Source: an uncultured delta proteobacterium
Lineage (GTDB): Bacteria > Myxococcota > Kuafuiibacteriia > Kuafuiibacteriales > Kuafuiibacteriaceae
Length of the DNA: 64,000 bases
Direction of reading: 5' to 3'
Assembly (NCBI GenBank): GCA_963803435.1
Contig: CAWDML010000009.1
Span: forward strand, 1,728,001-1,792,000
Notes under the pieces: model-generated
Seen by the model: only the letters and a program-made list of their open reading frames with translations
Told to the model about the DNA's origin: nothing
Database searches by the model: none
Shown: positions 39,930 through 53,946 of the stretch, one piece after another
Numbering within the stretch: position 1 is the first letter of the stretch
Layout of the letters: each line of letters begins with the position of its first letter
Translations under genes and position numbers: made by a program

Positions 39930-41000
39930 ATGCGGCTCGGCCCCTGGCTGCTCGCGCTCGCCTCGCTGTCCACGGCCTGCGCCCAGGACAACCAGGAGGG
40001 CCTGGACGCCGGCAGCGGTGACGGATCGGTCGCGCCGATCTGGGTCGTCGAGCCGGGCATCCCCACCAAGGAGGACCTGCTCTCGGTGTGGGGATACGAC
40101 GCCGAGAACATCTTCGCCGTCGGCTTCAGCGGCACGGTCCTCCACTACGACGGCCTCGCCTGGAACATCGAGTCGGTGAGCGCCACGGTTCCGCTCACCT
40201 CGGTGCACGGCCTTCCGAAGGACACCGCGATGGATCCGCCGCCGCCCCTCACGGGTCCCGTGTTCGCGGTCGGATGGGACGGGACGATCCTCATGCGCGA
40301 TCACGCGAGCGCCACCTGGATCGACGCCGCGCCCTCCTCCACCGTCGGCGAGGATCTGTTCGGCGTCCGCATCGGCGCCGACGACAGCGCGATCGCGGTG
40401 GGCGACGTGGGCCGCCTCATGGTCTGGGACGGCACCACCTGGGCGCCCAAACGCTTCCGTGTGCCGGGCGAGTTCACCGGATCGCTGATCGAGCCCAAGA
40501 CCTCCCTCAAGGGCGTGTGGACTCGCGACGGCCGGCGCTATTACATCAGCGGCGCCGCCGGCGCGGCCTATCGATCCGACAACGGTTACGCCTCGTTCGA
40601 GAGCATCGACACCCGGGACCCCGAGCCCCTCCGCGGCATCTGGGGCATCAACTACGGCGACGTCTACGCGGTCGGCCTCTCCGGCAAGATCCTCCACTTC
40701 GATCCGAACGGCGATCCACCGTGGCGCCGCGTTCGCAACAACGGCGCCGAGGACCTCCCGAGCGTCTTCTTCTTCGGCATCGACGGCACCGGCGGCAACG
40801 ACATCACGATCGTGGGCTGGCGCGGCACCGCCGTCCGCTACGCCGAGGGCGCGTGGACCATCGAGCCCACGGGCGTCGACGCCGACCTCAGGAGCGTGTG
40901 GATCGATCCCGAGACCCAGGTCGCCTACGCCGTCGGCGCCTCCGGCACGGTGATCCGCCGCGATCCGCCGCCGCCGGCGGAGACCGACGCGGGGATGTAG
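39930..41000 (+). CDS. WD40/YVTN/BNR-like beta-propeller lipoprotein
   Basis: STAC lipobox; repeats LLSVWG..FAVGFSGTVLHYDG and LRGIWG..YAVGLSGKILHFD; TATGAT 7 nt before the ATG. Confidence 0.75.
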   Translation: MRLGPWLLALASLSTACAQDNQEGLDAGSGDGSVAPIWVVEPGIPTKEDLLSVWGYDAENIFAVGFSGTVLHYDGLAWNIESVSATVPLTSVHGLPKDTAMDPPPPLTGPVFAVGWDGTILMRDHASATWIDAAPSSTVGEDLFGVRIGADDSAIAVGDVGRLMVWDGTTWAPKRFRVPGEFTGSLIEPKTSLKGVWTRDGRRYYISGAAGAAYRSDNGYASFESIDTRDPEPLRGIWGINYGDVYAVGLSGKILHFDPNGDPPWRRVRNNGAEDLPSVFFFGIDGTGGNDITIVGWRGTAVRYAEGAWTIEPTGVDADLRSVWIDPETQVAYAVGASGTVIRRDPPPPAETDAGM

Positions 41001-41004
41001 CGCC

Positions 41005-42327
41005 TCACAGCCCGTGCTTCTTGATGAGCTTATGTAAGTACTTGCGGTCCATGCGGGCCGCGCGGGCGGCGGCGCTGACGTTGCTGTGGTGCTGCTCGAG
41101 CAGCCAGGCAACGTAGGATCGCTCCCGCTCGTCGAGCCACTTCTCCTTGGAGTCGGAGAAGCTGAGCGACGGATCGAAGGGCAGATCGCTCTTCGGTCGA
41201 TCCGACTTGGGCGCTCCCGGCTGGAGGCCCTGAATCTCGAGCCGCGCGCCGGGGCGGACCGCCGAGAGGAGCACGGCCCGCTCGATCGCGTTCTTGAGCT
41301 CGCGGACGTTGCCCGGCCAGTCGTGGCTGGTGAGGCGATCCATAGTGGATGCGTTGACCGCCAGCTTCGGCATGTCGCGGACGCGGGCCATCTCTTCGAG
41401 GAAGTGCTCGACCAGGATCGGGATGTCCTCAGCGCGCTCGCGGAGCGGCGGGATCCGGAGCGTGATCACCGAGAGCCGGAAGTAGAGATCCTCGCGGAAG
41501 GCGCCGCGCTCGACCTCGCGTCCCAGGTTGCGGCGCGTGGCGGCGACGACGCGCATGTCGATCGGCATGGGGGCCGAGCCGCCGATGCGGCGGACCTCGC
41601 GGGCGTCGAGGACGCGGAGCAGCTTGGGCTGCAGCTCGAGCTCCAGCTCGCCGAGCTCGTCGATGAAGGCGGTGCCCGAGTTGGCCAGCTCGAACGCGCC
41701 GGCGCGCTCGCTGTACGCGCCGGAGAAGGCGCCCTTCTCGTGACCGAAGAGCTCCGACTCCACCAGCTGGCGCTGAACGGCGCCGCAGTCGACCACCACG
41801 TACGGGCCGCTCTTGCGGAGCGAAGCCTGATGGATCGCCTTCGCGATCTGTCCCTTGCCGGTGCCCGTCTCGCCTTCGACGAGGACGGTGGCGTCGGTCT
41901 CGGCGATCCGCGCGATCATCCCGAACAGCCTGCGCATCGAAACGGATCGTCCGATCACCGGACCGAATCGATCCGAGTCCCACAGCGGGATGTCAAAGTC
42001 CTGCCGCTCCGGGATGAACGCGATCTCGACGCGGCCGGCCATCAACACGGTGCCGGCTTCGATCGGCGCCTCCTGGATCCGCGCGCCCTGCAGAAAGGTG
42101 CCGTTGGTGGAGCCGAGATCGACCAGCAGCCAGCGGTCGGCGCCCTGCCGCGTGATGCGGAGATGCCGCCGGGAGACCGTGCCGTCCGTGAGGACCAGAT
42201 CGCAGTCGGACATCTTTCCGACGGTGACGACATCCCGATCGACGCTGCAGGTCTTCCCGGCATCCGGACCGTTCTTCACGGTCAGCATCAGCCGCCAAAT
42301 GCTGCCCTGGCCCTGGGGTTCCGGCAT
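41005..42327 (-). CDS. FHA-domain sigma54-dependent enhancer-binding protein
   Basis: FHA ([13 protein letters not shown]); GETGTGK; [15 protein letters not shown]; FREDLYFRL; WPGNVREL; Fis-type [16 protein letters not shown]. Confidence 0.95.
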   Translation of the reverse strand: MPEPQGQGSIWRLMLTVKNGPDAGKTCSVDRDVVTVGKMSDCDLVLTDGTVSRRHLRITRQGADRWLLVDLGSTNGTFLQGARIQEAPIEAGTVLMAGRVEIAFIPERQDFDIPLWDSDRFGPVIGRSVSMRRLFGMIARIAETDATVLVEGETGTGKGQIAKAIHQASLRKSGPYVVVDCGAVQRQLVESELFGHEKGAFSGAYSERAGAFELANSGTAFIDELGELELELQPKLLRVLDAREVRRIGGSAPMPIDMRVVAATRRNLGREVERGAFREDLYFRLSVITLRIPPLRERAEDIPILVEHFLEEMARVRDMPKLAVNASTMDRLTSHDWPGNVRELKNAIERAVLLSAVRPGARLEIQGLQPGAPKSDRPKSDLPFDPSLSFSDSKEKWLDERERSYVAWLLEQHHSNVSAAARAARMDRKYLHKLIKKHGL

Positions 42328-42467
42328 TTTCGACGATGCGCATCGTACCCGGAAGATTTCGCTCCGAGAATCCGTTTGACTCTGCGCGCACGGGGGTTAG
42401 TACTCGCCGCGCCCGAAACCCAACGCGCATCATGATTTGCGCAGTTTACTGAGTATGGGAGGGTGAC

Positions 42468-43453
42468 GTGCCGATCATCGAAGTCAAAGGCCTCACCAAG
42501 CACTACGGCAACGTAAAGGCCCTGAAGGGCATCACGTTTCAGGTGGAGAAAGGCGAGATCATCGGGCTCCTCGGCCCGAACGGCGCCGGCAAGACCACCA
42601 CCATGAAGCTCCTGACCGGCTACCTCCAGCCCACGGAGGGGACGGCCGTCGTCGCCGGTCACGACGTCGTGGAGGAGACGCTGGCGGTCCGGGCCATCCT
42701 CGGCTACCTGCCCGAAAACGCGCCGCTGTACCTGGACATGGCCGTTCAGGAGTACCTGCTGATGATGGCGGATCTCCGCCGGATCCCGCAGGAGCAGCAG
42801 AAGAGTCTGCTCTCGGACGCCATCTACAGCGCCGGGATCGAAGGCAAGCTGACGCAGCAGCTCGGCTCGCTCTCCAAGGGCTATCGCCAGCGCGTCTGCC
42901 TCGCGCAGGCGATCCTGCACAAGCCCAAGGTCCTGATCCTCGACGAGCCCACCAACGGGCTCGACCCCACGCAGATCATCGAGATGCGCTCGCTGATCGA
43001 GCGCCTGGCCGAGAATGCGACGGTCATGGTCTCGACGCACATCCTCTCCGAGGTCGAGGCCACCTGCGATCGCGCCATCATCATCATGGAGGGCCAGATC
43101 AAGGCCGACGCCCGCCTCGACGAGCTCACCTCGAGCAGCGCCGCGGTGGTGTCGGTCGAGAAGACCGCCACCAACGTGGAGGCCGCCCTCTCCACCGTCG
43201 GCGGCATCCGCGGGGTCAAGCAGGAAGGCCTCCAGGACGGAGGTCATCCCGCGGAGCCAGGATGGCGAGAGCGGGAAGGGCTCGGCAACGGCTACGTCCG
43301 CTACCGCGTCACCGGCGAGAAAGACATGAACCTGTGTCCCGCCATCTACGACGTCGCGCGCCAGATGAACTGGCGCCTGGCTGAGCTCCGGCCCGAGCAT
43401 CGCACACTCGAGTCGGTCTTCCGTGAGCTCGCTGAGCGAGGAGGTCTCTCGGC

Positions 43454-43457
<4 letters not shown>
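42468..43457 (+). CDS. ABC transporter ATP-binding protein (GldA-like)
   Basis: GPNGAGKTT, GYLPENAPLY, LSKGYRQRV, LDEPTNGLDP, STHILSEV. Confidence 0.92.
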
Positions 43458-46426
<2,969 letters not shown>

Positions 46427-46428
46427 CG

Positions 46429-47433
46429 ATGAACAAGACGAACACGATCCTGGCCGGCGCGCTGGTCCTCCAGGCGCTGATCATCATGGGCATGCGGCTG
46501 GGCGGCGATCAGCACGTGGTCGCCCAGTCGGTCGCGCTCCTCGACAACTACGATGCGGACAAGGTGACCAAGATCCACATCGACGGCGCCACCAAGGAGA
46601 AGGACGGGCCGCCGCCCGAGTCGGTCACCCTGGAGAAGAACGGCTCCACCTGGGGCATCTCGACCGCCGACAACTTCCCCGCCGATCAGGAGAAGGTCTC
46701 CGAGTTCCTGAAGAAGCTGGCGAAGATGAACTACCGGAACCGCGTGGTGACGTCGTCGAAGTACCACGACAAGCTCGAGGTCGCGGCCGACAAGTACCAG
46801 CGCAAGGTCACCATCACCCAGGACGGCAAGGACCGCGTCTTCTATGTGGGCACCTCGCCCAGCTTCAAGGCGCTGCACGTGCGGCTCGACGGCAGCGACG
46901 ACGTCCTCCTCGCCAACGAGGTCTCGTCGAGCGACTTCTCCGAGCGGGCGTGGGGCTGGGTTGATCGCGCCTATGTCAAGCACGACGCCAAGGACGTCTG
47001 GGCGCTCACCATCACGAACGAGAAGGGCGACATTCAGATCGAGAAGAATCCGCAGGACTCGAGCTGGCTGGCCGCCGGCATCACCGGTCCGCTCAAGAAG
47101 ACGGTCGTCGACGATCTGGTGCGCAAGGCGGGCCAGATGAACCTCGAGGAGCCGATCGGCAAGGCGGTCAAGCCCGAGTACGAGCTGGGCAAGCTGGCGA
47201 CGATCACGCTGGTCACCGGGACCTCCACCATCGCGGGCGCACCGCCGCCGAAGACCGATACCACCACCATCCAGATCGGCAAGAAGCTCGAGAAGGAGAA
47301 CCGGTACTACGTGAAGGCGTCGACGTCGGACTACGTGGTGGAGGTCGCCGGCTGGGCAATCGATCCGCTGGTGCAGAAGACGAAGGCGGACCTCGTCGAG
47401 CCTCCGAAGAAGGACGACGAGAAGAAGAAGTAA
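46429..47433 (+). CDS. DUF4340-family periplasmic protein
   Basis: N-terminal TM, FPADQEKV motif; typical position after a gldG-like gene. Confidence 0.75.
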   Translation: MNKTNTILAGALVLQALIIMGMRLGGDQHVVAQSVALLDNYDADKVTKIHIDGATKEKDGPPPESVTLEKNGSTWGISTADNFPADQEKVSEFLKKLAKMNYRNRVVTSSKYHDKLEVAADKYQRKVTITQDGKDRVFYVGTSPSFKALHVRLDGSDDVLLANEVSSSDFSERAWGWVDRAYVKHDAKDVWALTITNEKGDIQIEKNPQDSSWLAAGITGPLKKTVVDDLVRKAGQMNLEEPIGKAVKPEYELGKLATITLVTGTSTIAGAPPPKTDTTTIQIGKKLEKENRYYVKASTSDYVVEVAGWAIDPLVQKTKADLVEPPKKDDEKKK

Positions 47434-47442
47434 CGAACGGCC

Positions 47443-48765
<1,323 letters not shown>

Positions 48766-48778
48766 CTATGGCCGCAGA

Positions 48779-49649
48779 ATGACGATCCTCGCCGGAAGAG
48801 TGGCGCTGGTGACGGGAGCCGGCTCGGGGATCGGCCGCGAGCACGCCCTCCAGCTGGCCCAGGCGGGCGCGCACGTGGTGGTCAACGACCTCGGGGGCGC
48901 CCGCGATGGTTCGGGGCGTTCGAACGTGGCCGACGCCGTGGTCGAGGAGATCGCCGCCGCCGGTGGCAAGGCCGTCCCGAGCTACGACTCGGTCGCCACC
49001 CTCGAGGGCGCGCAGCGCATGGTGTGGACCGCGATGAACCGCTTCGGCCGCCTCGACATCGTCGTCAACAACGCCGGCATCCTGCGCGACAAGACGTTGC
49101 TCAATCTCAGCGAGGAGGACTTCGAAGCCGTGGTCGACGTGCACCTCAAGGGCACGTTCCTGGTGACGCAGTCGGCGGCGCGACAGATGAAGGTGCAAGG
49201 TCAGGGCGGTCGCATCATCAACACCAGCTCGGTGTCAGGCCTGATCGGCAACTTCGGCCAGACCAACTACGCCGCGGCCAAGGCCGGCATCTACGGCATG
49301 ACGCGGGTGTGGTCAATCGAGCTCGCCAAGATCGGGGTGACCGTCAACGCCGTGGCGCCGGTGGCGCTGACCCGGATGACCGAGGACCTTCCGATCATGC
49401 AGCACCGGGCGGCCGAGGAGATCGGCCCGCACCACATCGCCCCGCTCGTCGTCTTCCTCGCCTCCGACCTGGCGAAGGACATCACCGGCCGCGTCTTCGG
49501 CGTCGAGGGTACCCGGCTGTTCGAGTACGGAATGGCGACCTCTCGGGGGGTCGAACGGGACGCGCCGTGGACGCCTGAAGAGAATCGGAGCGCGCCTCGG
49601 CGACATTGCGCTCGAGCAGACGAGCCCCGCTCGGGACCGCAACCGCTAG
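48779..49649 (+). CDS. SDR-family oxidoreductase (MFE-2/hydroxyacyl-CoA dehydrogenase-like), apparent +1 frameshift at ~49583
   Basis: TGAGSGIG, VVVNDLGG, NNAGILRD, GNFGQTNYAAAK. Removing one a gives the typical end WTPEEIGARLGDI...* (stop 49649). Confidence 0.88.
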
Positions 49650-49670
49650 GTCGGTGAGGCCAGAGAGTCG

Positions 49671-49853
49671 TTAGAGGTCAATCCGGATCGGGCCCCGCTG
49701 CTGCTCCTCCTCCTCTTCGTCTTTGGTCTCAGGGGACTCGTGTTCCGGCGCCTCATGAGGGATCTCGATGCGGAGGCGGGGACGAGCGGCCTCATCACGC
49801 CGGCGCTCCTCCTCCTGCTTCTTGATCTCCTCGATGATGTACGCGTCGAGCAC
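49671..49853 (-). CDS. Small charged hypothetical protein (60 aa)
   Basis: GTG start MLDAYIIEEIKKQEEERRR...RPRLRIEIP...RGPIRIDL; resembles a small myxobacterial protein family (from recall). Confidence 0.6.
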   Translation of the reverse strand: MLDAYIIEEIKKQEEERRRDEAARPRLRIEIPHEAPEHESPETKDEEEEEQQRGPIRIDL

Positions 49854-49915
49854 GTCTGATTCATGTTCGGTCCGGGGCAGGACCAACGCAAGTTTGGGGA
49901 TAACCCATAGGTAGC

Positions 49916-50887
<972 letters not shown>

Positions 50888-50892
50888 CAACC

Positions 50893-51302
50893 TTACCGCT
50901 TCCCCTCGCTTCCGAGCTTCGTCAGGAACTCCTGAGGAAGTCGAACAACCCGTCCGTCGACACCAAGGCAAGCATGTCTGGTCTCGCCGGTTGCAATCAA
51001 GCTTTCATCGGAAACGAGCGTGAGGCGGTAGGTCATTCGCACCGTGCTGAATCGGACCTCCGACAACGTGGTCTCGAGCACGAGCTCGTCGTCATAGCGC
51101 GCCGGGGCGTGGTAGCGCGCCGATGCGCTCACCACCGGCAGAGCAAATCCACTCTTCTCGAATTCCTTGTACGGGAAGCCGGCCGCCCGGAGGAACTCGC
51201 TCCGGCCCGCCTCGAAGTAGCGAAAGTAGTTCGCGTAATACACGACGCCCATCTGATCGGTGTCGCCGAAATCGGGCGGAACGTGTGCCGGTGGGTCAAC
51301 AT
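50893..51302 (-). CDS. YbgC/FadM-family acyl-CoA thioesterase (~136 aa), apparent -1 frameshift at ~51270
   Basis: GDTDQMGVVYYANYFRYFEAGR hotdog motif. ATG 51302 (TGATG overlap with hom) reads MLTHRHTFRP and joins (I)FGDTD if one base is restored. Confidence 0.85.
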
Positions 51303-52618
51303 CAGGCCTCTCCGCGCTCGCCGGCCTCGATGCGCATCGACGCTGTGGGCGCCCGGGTCGTGTCGAAGGCGTCGATGCGCGCCACCGCCGCACGGATCGC
51401 TGCCCGGGAGGCGGCATGTGTTATCACGACCACGCGCACCGGTGGTTCCCCGGTCGCCTCCTGCTCCACCACCCGCAGCGACACACCCTGCTCTCCGAGC
51501 GCTCCGGCGATACGCGCGAGCACACCCGGTGAGTCGGCCACCGTGAAGCGCAGGTAGAAGGGCGCCTCGATCAAGCCGGTGTCGTACAGGCGCACCGGCC
51601 GCAGCGCGGTGTCGAAGGCGGCCAGCAACGGCACGCGACCCGTCGACCCGAGCAGGATGTTCCGCGCCAGGTCGATGATGTCGGCGACCACCGCCGAGCC
51701 GGTCGGGAGCTCGCCCGCACCTTTGCCGATCAGCACGCTGGTCCCGAGCGCGTCCGACTCGAGCTGGATCCCGTTGAGCGCGCCGTTGACGTTCGCCAGC
51801 ATCGTGCGCCGGGGAAGCCAGGCCGGATAGACCTGCGCCGAGATCTCCTCACCGCGGCGCGTCGCCACCGCCAGCAGCTTGATCGCGTAGCCGTGACGCC
51901 GCGCCACTTCGAAGTCACCGGGCTCGAGGCCGCGGATGCCCTCGACCTCCACGTCGCTCGCCGTGACGCGCGCGCAGAACCCCAGCGCCGACAGGATGGC
52001 GAGCTTCTGCGCGGCGTCGTGGCCGTCGATGTCGGCCGTCGGATCGGCCTCGGCGTAGCCGAGGTCCTGCGCGCTCTTCAGCGTGGCCGCGAAGTCGGCG
52101 CCCTCCTCCGCCATCGCCGTCAGGATGAAGTTGGTGGTCCCGTTGAGGATGCCGGCGATCTTCTGGACGCGCTCCGAGGCCAACGCCTCCCGCAGCGTGC
52201 GGATGATCGGAATGCCTCCGCCGACCGCGGCCTCGTAGAATACGTCGACCCCGTTCTTCTGCGCGGCGCCGAACACCTCGTCTCCACAGATCGCGAGCAG
52301 CGCCTTGTTCGCGGTGACCACGTGCTTCTTGCGATCGATGGCGCCGAGGACGAAGCGCTTGGCGTCGGTGATCCCTCCGACCAGCTCCACCACGATCGAG
52401 ACCTCGGGATCGTCGAGGACGTCCTCCACCCTCGAGGTCAGCAGCGCGGCCGGCACCTCGATGGCCCGCTCCTTCGACGGATCCTGCACCAGGACCCGCT
52501 TCACCTCGATCCGGGCACCCAGCCGCGCTTCGATGTCCCGCGCGTTCTCGCGAAGAATGCGAACGGCGCCCGTCCCCACAGTGCCGAGGCCGAGCAACCC
52601 GACGGAGATGGTCTGCAT
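51302..52618 (-). CDS. hom: Homoserine dehydrogenase with C-terminal ACT domain
   Basis: GLGTVG, VVTANKALLA, EAAVGGGIP, GILNGTTNFIL, GYAEADP. Confidence 0.96.
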   Translation of the reverse strand: MQTISVGLLGLGTVGTGAVRILRENARDIEARLGARIEVKRVLVQDPSKERAIEVPAALLTSRVEDVLDDPEVSIVVELVGGITDAKRFVLGAIDRKKHVVTANKALLAICGDEVFGAAQKNGVDVFYEAAVGGGIPIIRTLREALASERVQKIAGILNGTTNFILTAMAEEGADFAATLKSAQDLGYAEADPTADIDGHDAAQKLAILSALGFCARVTASDVEVEGIRGLEPGDFEVARRHGYAIKLLAVATRRGEEISAQVYPAWLPRRTMLANVNGALNGIQLESDALGTSVLIGKGAGELPTGSAVVADIIDLARNILLGSTGRVPLLAAFDTALRPVRLYDTGLIEAPFYLRFTVADSPGVLARIAGALGEQGVSLRVVEQEATGEPPVRVVVITHAASRAAIRAAVARIDAFDTTRAPTASMRIEAGERGEA

Positions 52619-52706
52619 GCTGCGGCGTAACGGTCGCGCGCGCCTGCGTCAATTTCGACGAGGCACGGGTTGGCAGGGCCCGCCCACGCCGGCACGCTGC
52701 CGTGCG

Positions 52707-53870
52707 ATGGCGATCGAACAATCGGCGCTGATCCAGGCCCACCAAGCGGCGTTGCTCGCGACGATCGAGGGCTACGGCCGGACCAAGCTCCCCGAGCCCA
52801 TCCGACAGGCGTTCCTCCGGGTACCCCGGCACCTCTTCCTCGAGCGCTACCGCGAGTACGGCAACCCCGAGTGGCAGAACGTCGAGGAGGCGTCGCTCTG
52901 GAAGCACCTCCCGGTCCTCTATCGGGACGGCGGCGTGGGCATCTACGGCGAGGACGACGACGACGTGGTGGCGACCATCTCCCATCCCTGGCTCGTGCTC
53001 CGCATGCTCGACGAGCTCGCGATCGCCCCGGGCATGCGGGTCCTCGAGATCGGCACCGGTAGCGGCTGGAACGCCGGCCTCCTGGGCGCGCTGGTGGGGC
53101 CGGCGGGCGCCGTCGACACCGTCGAGATCATCCCCGAGCTGGTCCCGCGGGCGGAGCGCGCGCTGGCTCGCGCCGGGATCACGAACGTCCGCGTGCTCCT
53201 CGGCGATGCAGCCGAGCTGAAGGCCGCCGCCCGCTACGATCGGGTCGTCTTCACCGCCGCGTCGTACGACATCCCCCGCGTCGTTCACGAGGTGCTCGAA
53301 GAGGGCGGCATCCTCGAGCATGTCCTCAAGTGCCAGGGCGGCGGCTCCGTCCTCCTGTTGCTGCGCAAGCGAGGCCGCTCGCTCGTGTCCAGGTCGGCGC
53401 ACCCGTGCGAGTTTGTTCCGCTCACGGGACGCGATCGCCTGAGACAGCTCGACGCCCGGGCCCTGGAGGCCTTCGAGCCCTGGAGCCGCGTCCGCGGGCG
53501 GACGCTGCGCCAGCGGCCCTTCTGGCTCGGTGATCGGGACCCGATGAGGTTCGTCTCGAAGACGTTCGCGCTGCGCACGTACCTCGCGGTCGTCGAGCCG
53601 CAGATGCGCTGGTTCAACGGCGCCTTCGGTCTTTGGGACGAGGAAGGCGATTCGCTCGCGCTGGTAGAGGACGGCCGCGTCGCCGTCTACGGAGGCGCGA
53701 CCGCGGGCGACCGACTGGAGGCGCACCTGGATCGCTGGTCCGCCCTCGGGATGCCTTCGATGCTGACGATGCCGCTGCGCGCGCAGCCCGCCGATCCGAC
53801 GTTTCGACCGGGGCCCCGGGAGGCGGTGGTGTCGCGGCCCTCGACCGACTTCGTCTGGCGGCTCGACTGA
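52707..53870 (+). CDS. Protein-L-isoaspartate O-methyltransferase family protein with C-terminal extension (387 aa)
   Basis: VPRHLFL, ATISHP, VLEIGTGSGWNA, YDRVVFTA, FVPL; ~150 extra C-terminal residues. Confidence 0.85.
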   Translation: MAIEQSALIQAHQAALLATIEGYGRTKLPEPIRQAFLRVPRHLFLERYREYGNPEWQNVEEASLWKHLPVLYRDGGVGIYGEDDDDVVATISHPWLVLRMLDELAIAPGMRVLEIGTGSGWNAGLLGALVGPAGAVDTVEIIPELVPRAERALARAGITNVRVLLGDAAELKAAARYDRVVFTAASYDIPRVVHEVLEEGGILEHVLKCQGGGSVLLLLRKRGRSLVSRSAHPCEFVPLTGRDRLRQLDARALEAFEPWSRVRGRTLRQRPFWLGDRDPMRFVSKTFALRTYLAVVEPQMRWFNGAFGLWDEEGDSLALVEDGRVAVYGGATAGDRLEAHLDRWSALGMPSMLTMPLRAQPADPTFRPGPREAVVSRPSTDFVWRLD

Positions 53871-53946
53871 TCGAGGAACGGTTTCGCTCCGGCTTTCGCT
53901 GGCCCGCTGGACGCGAGACCGATCTCCGGACGAGCATCGCGCGACC

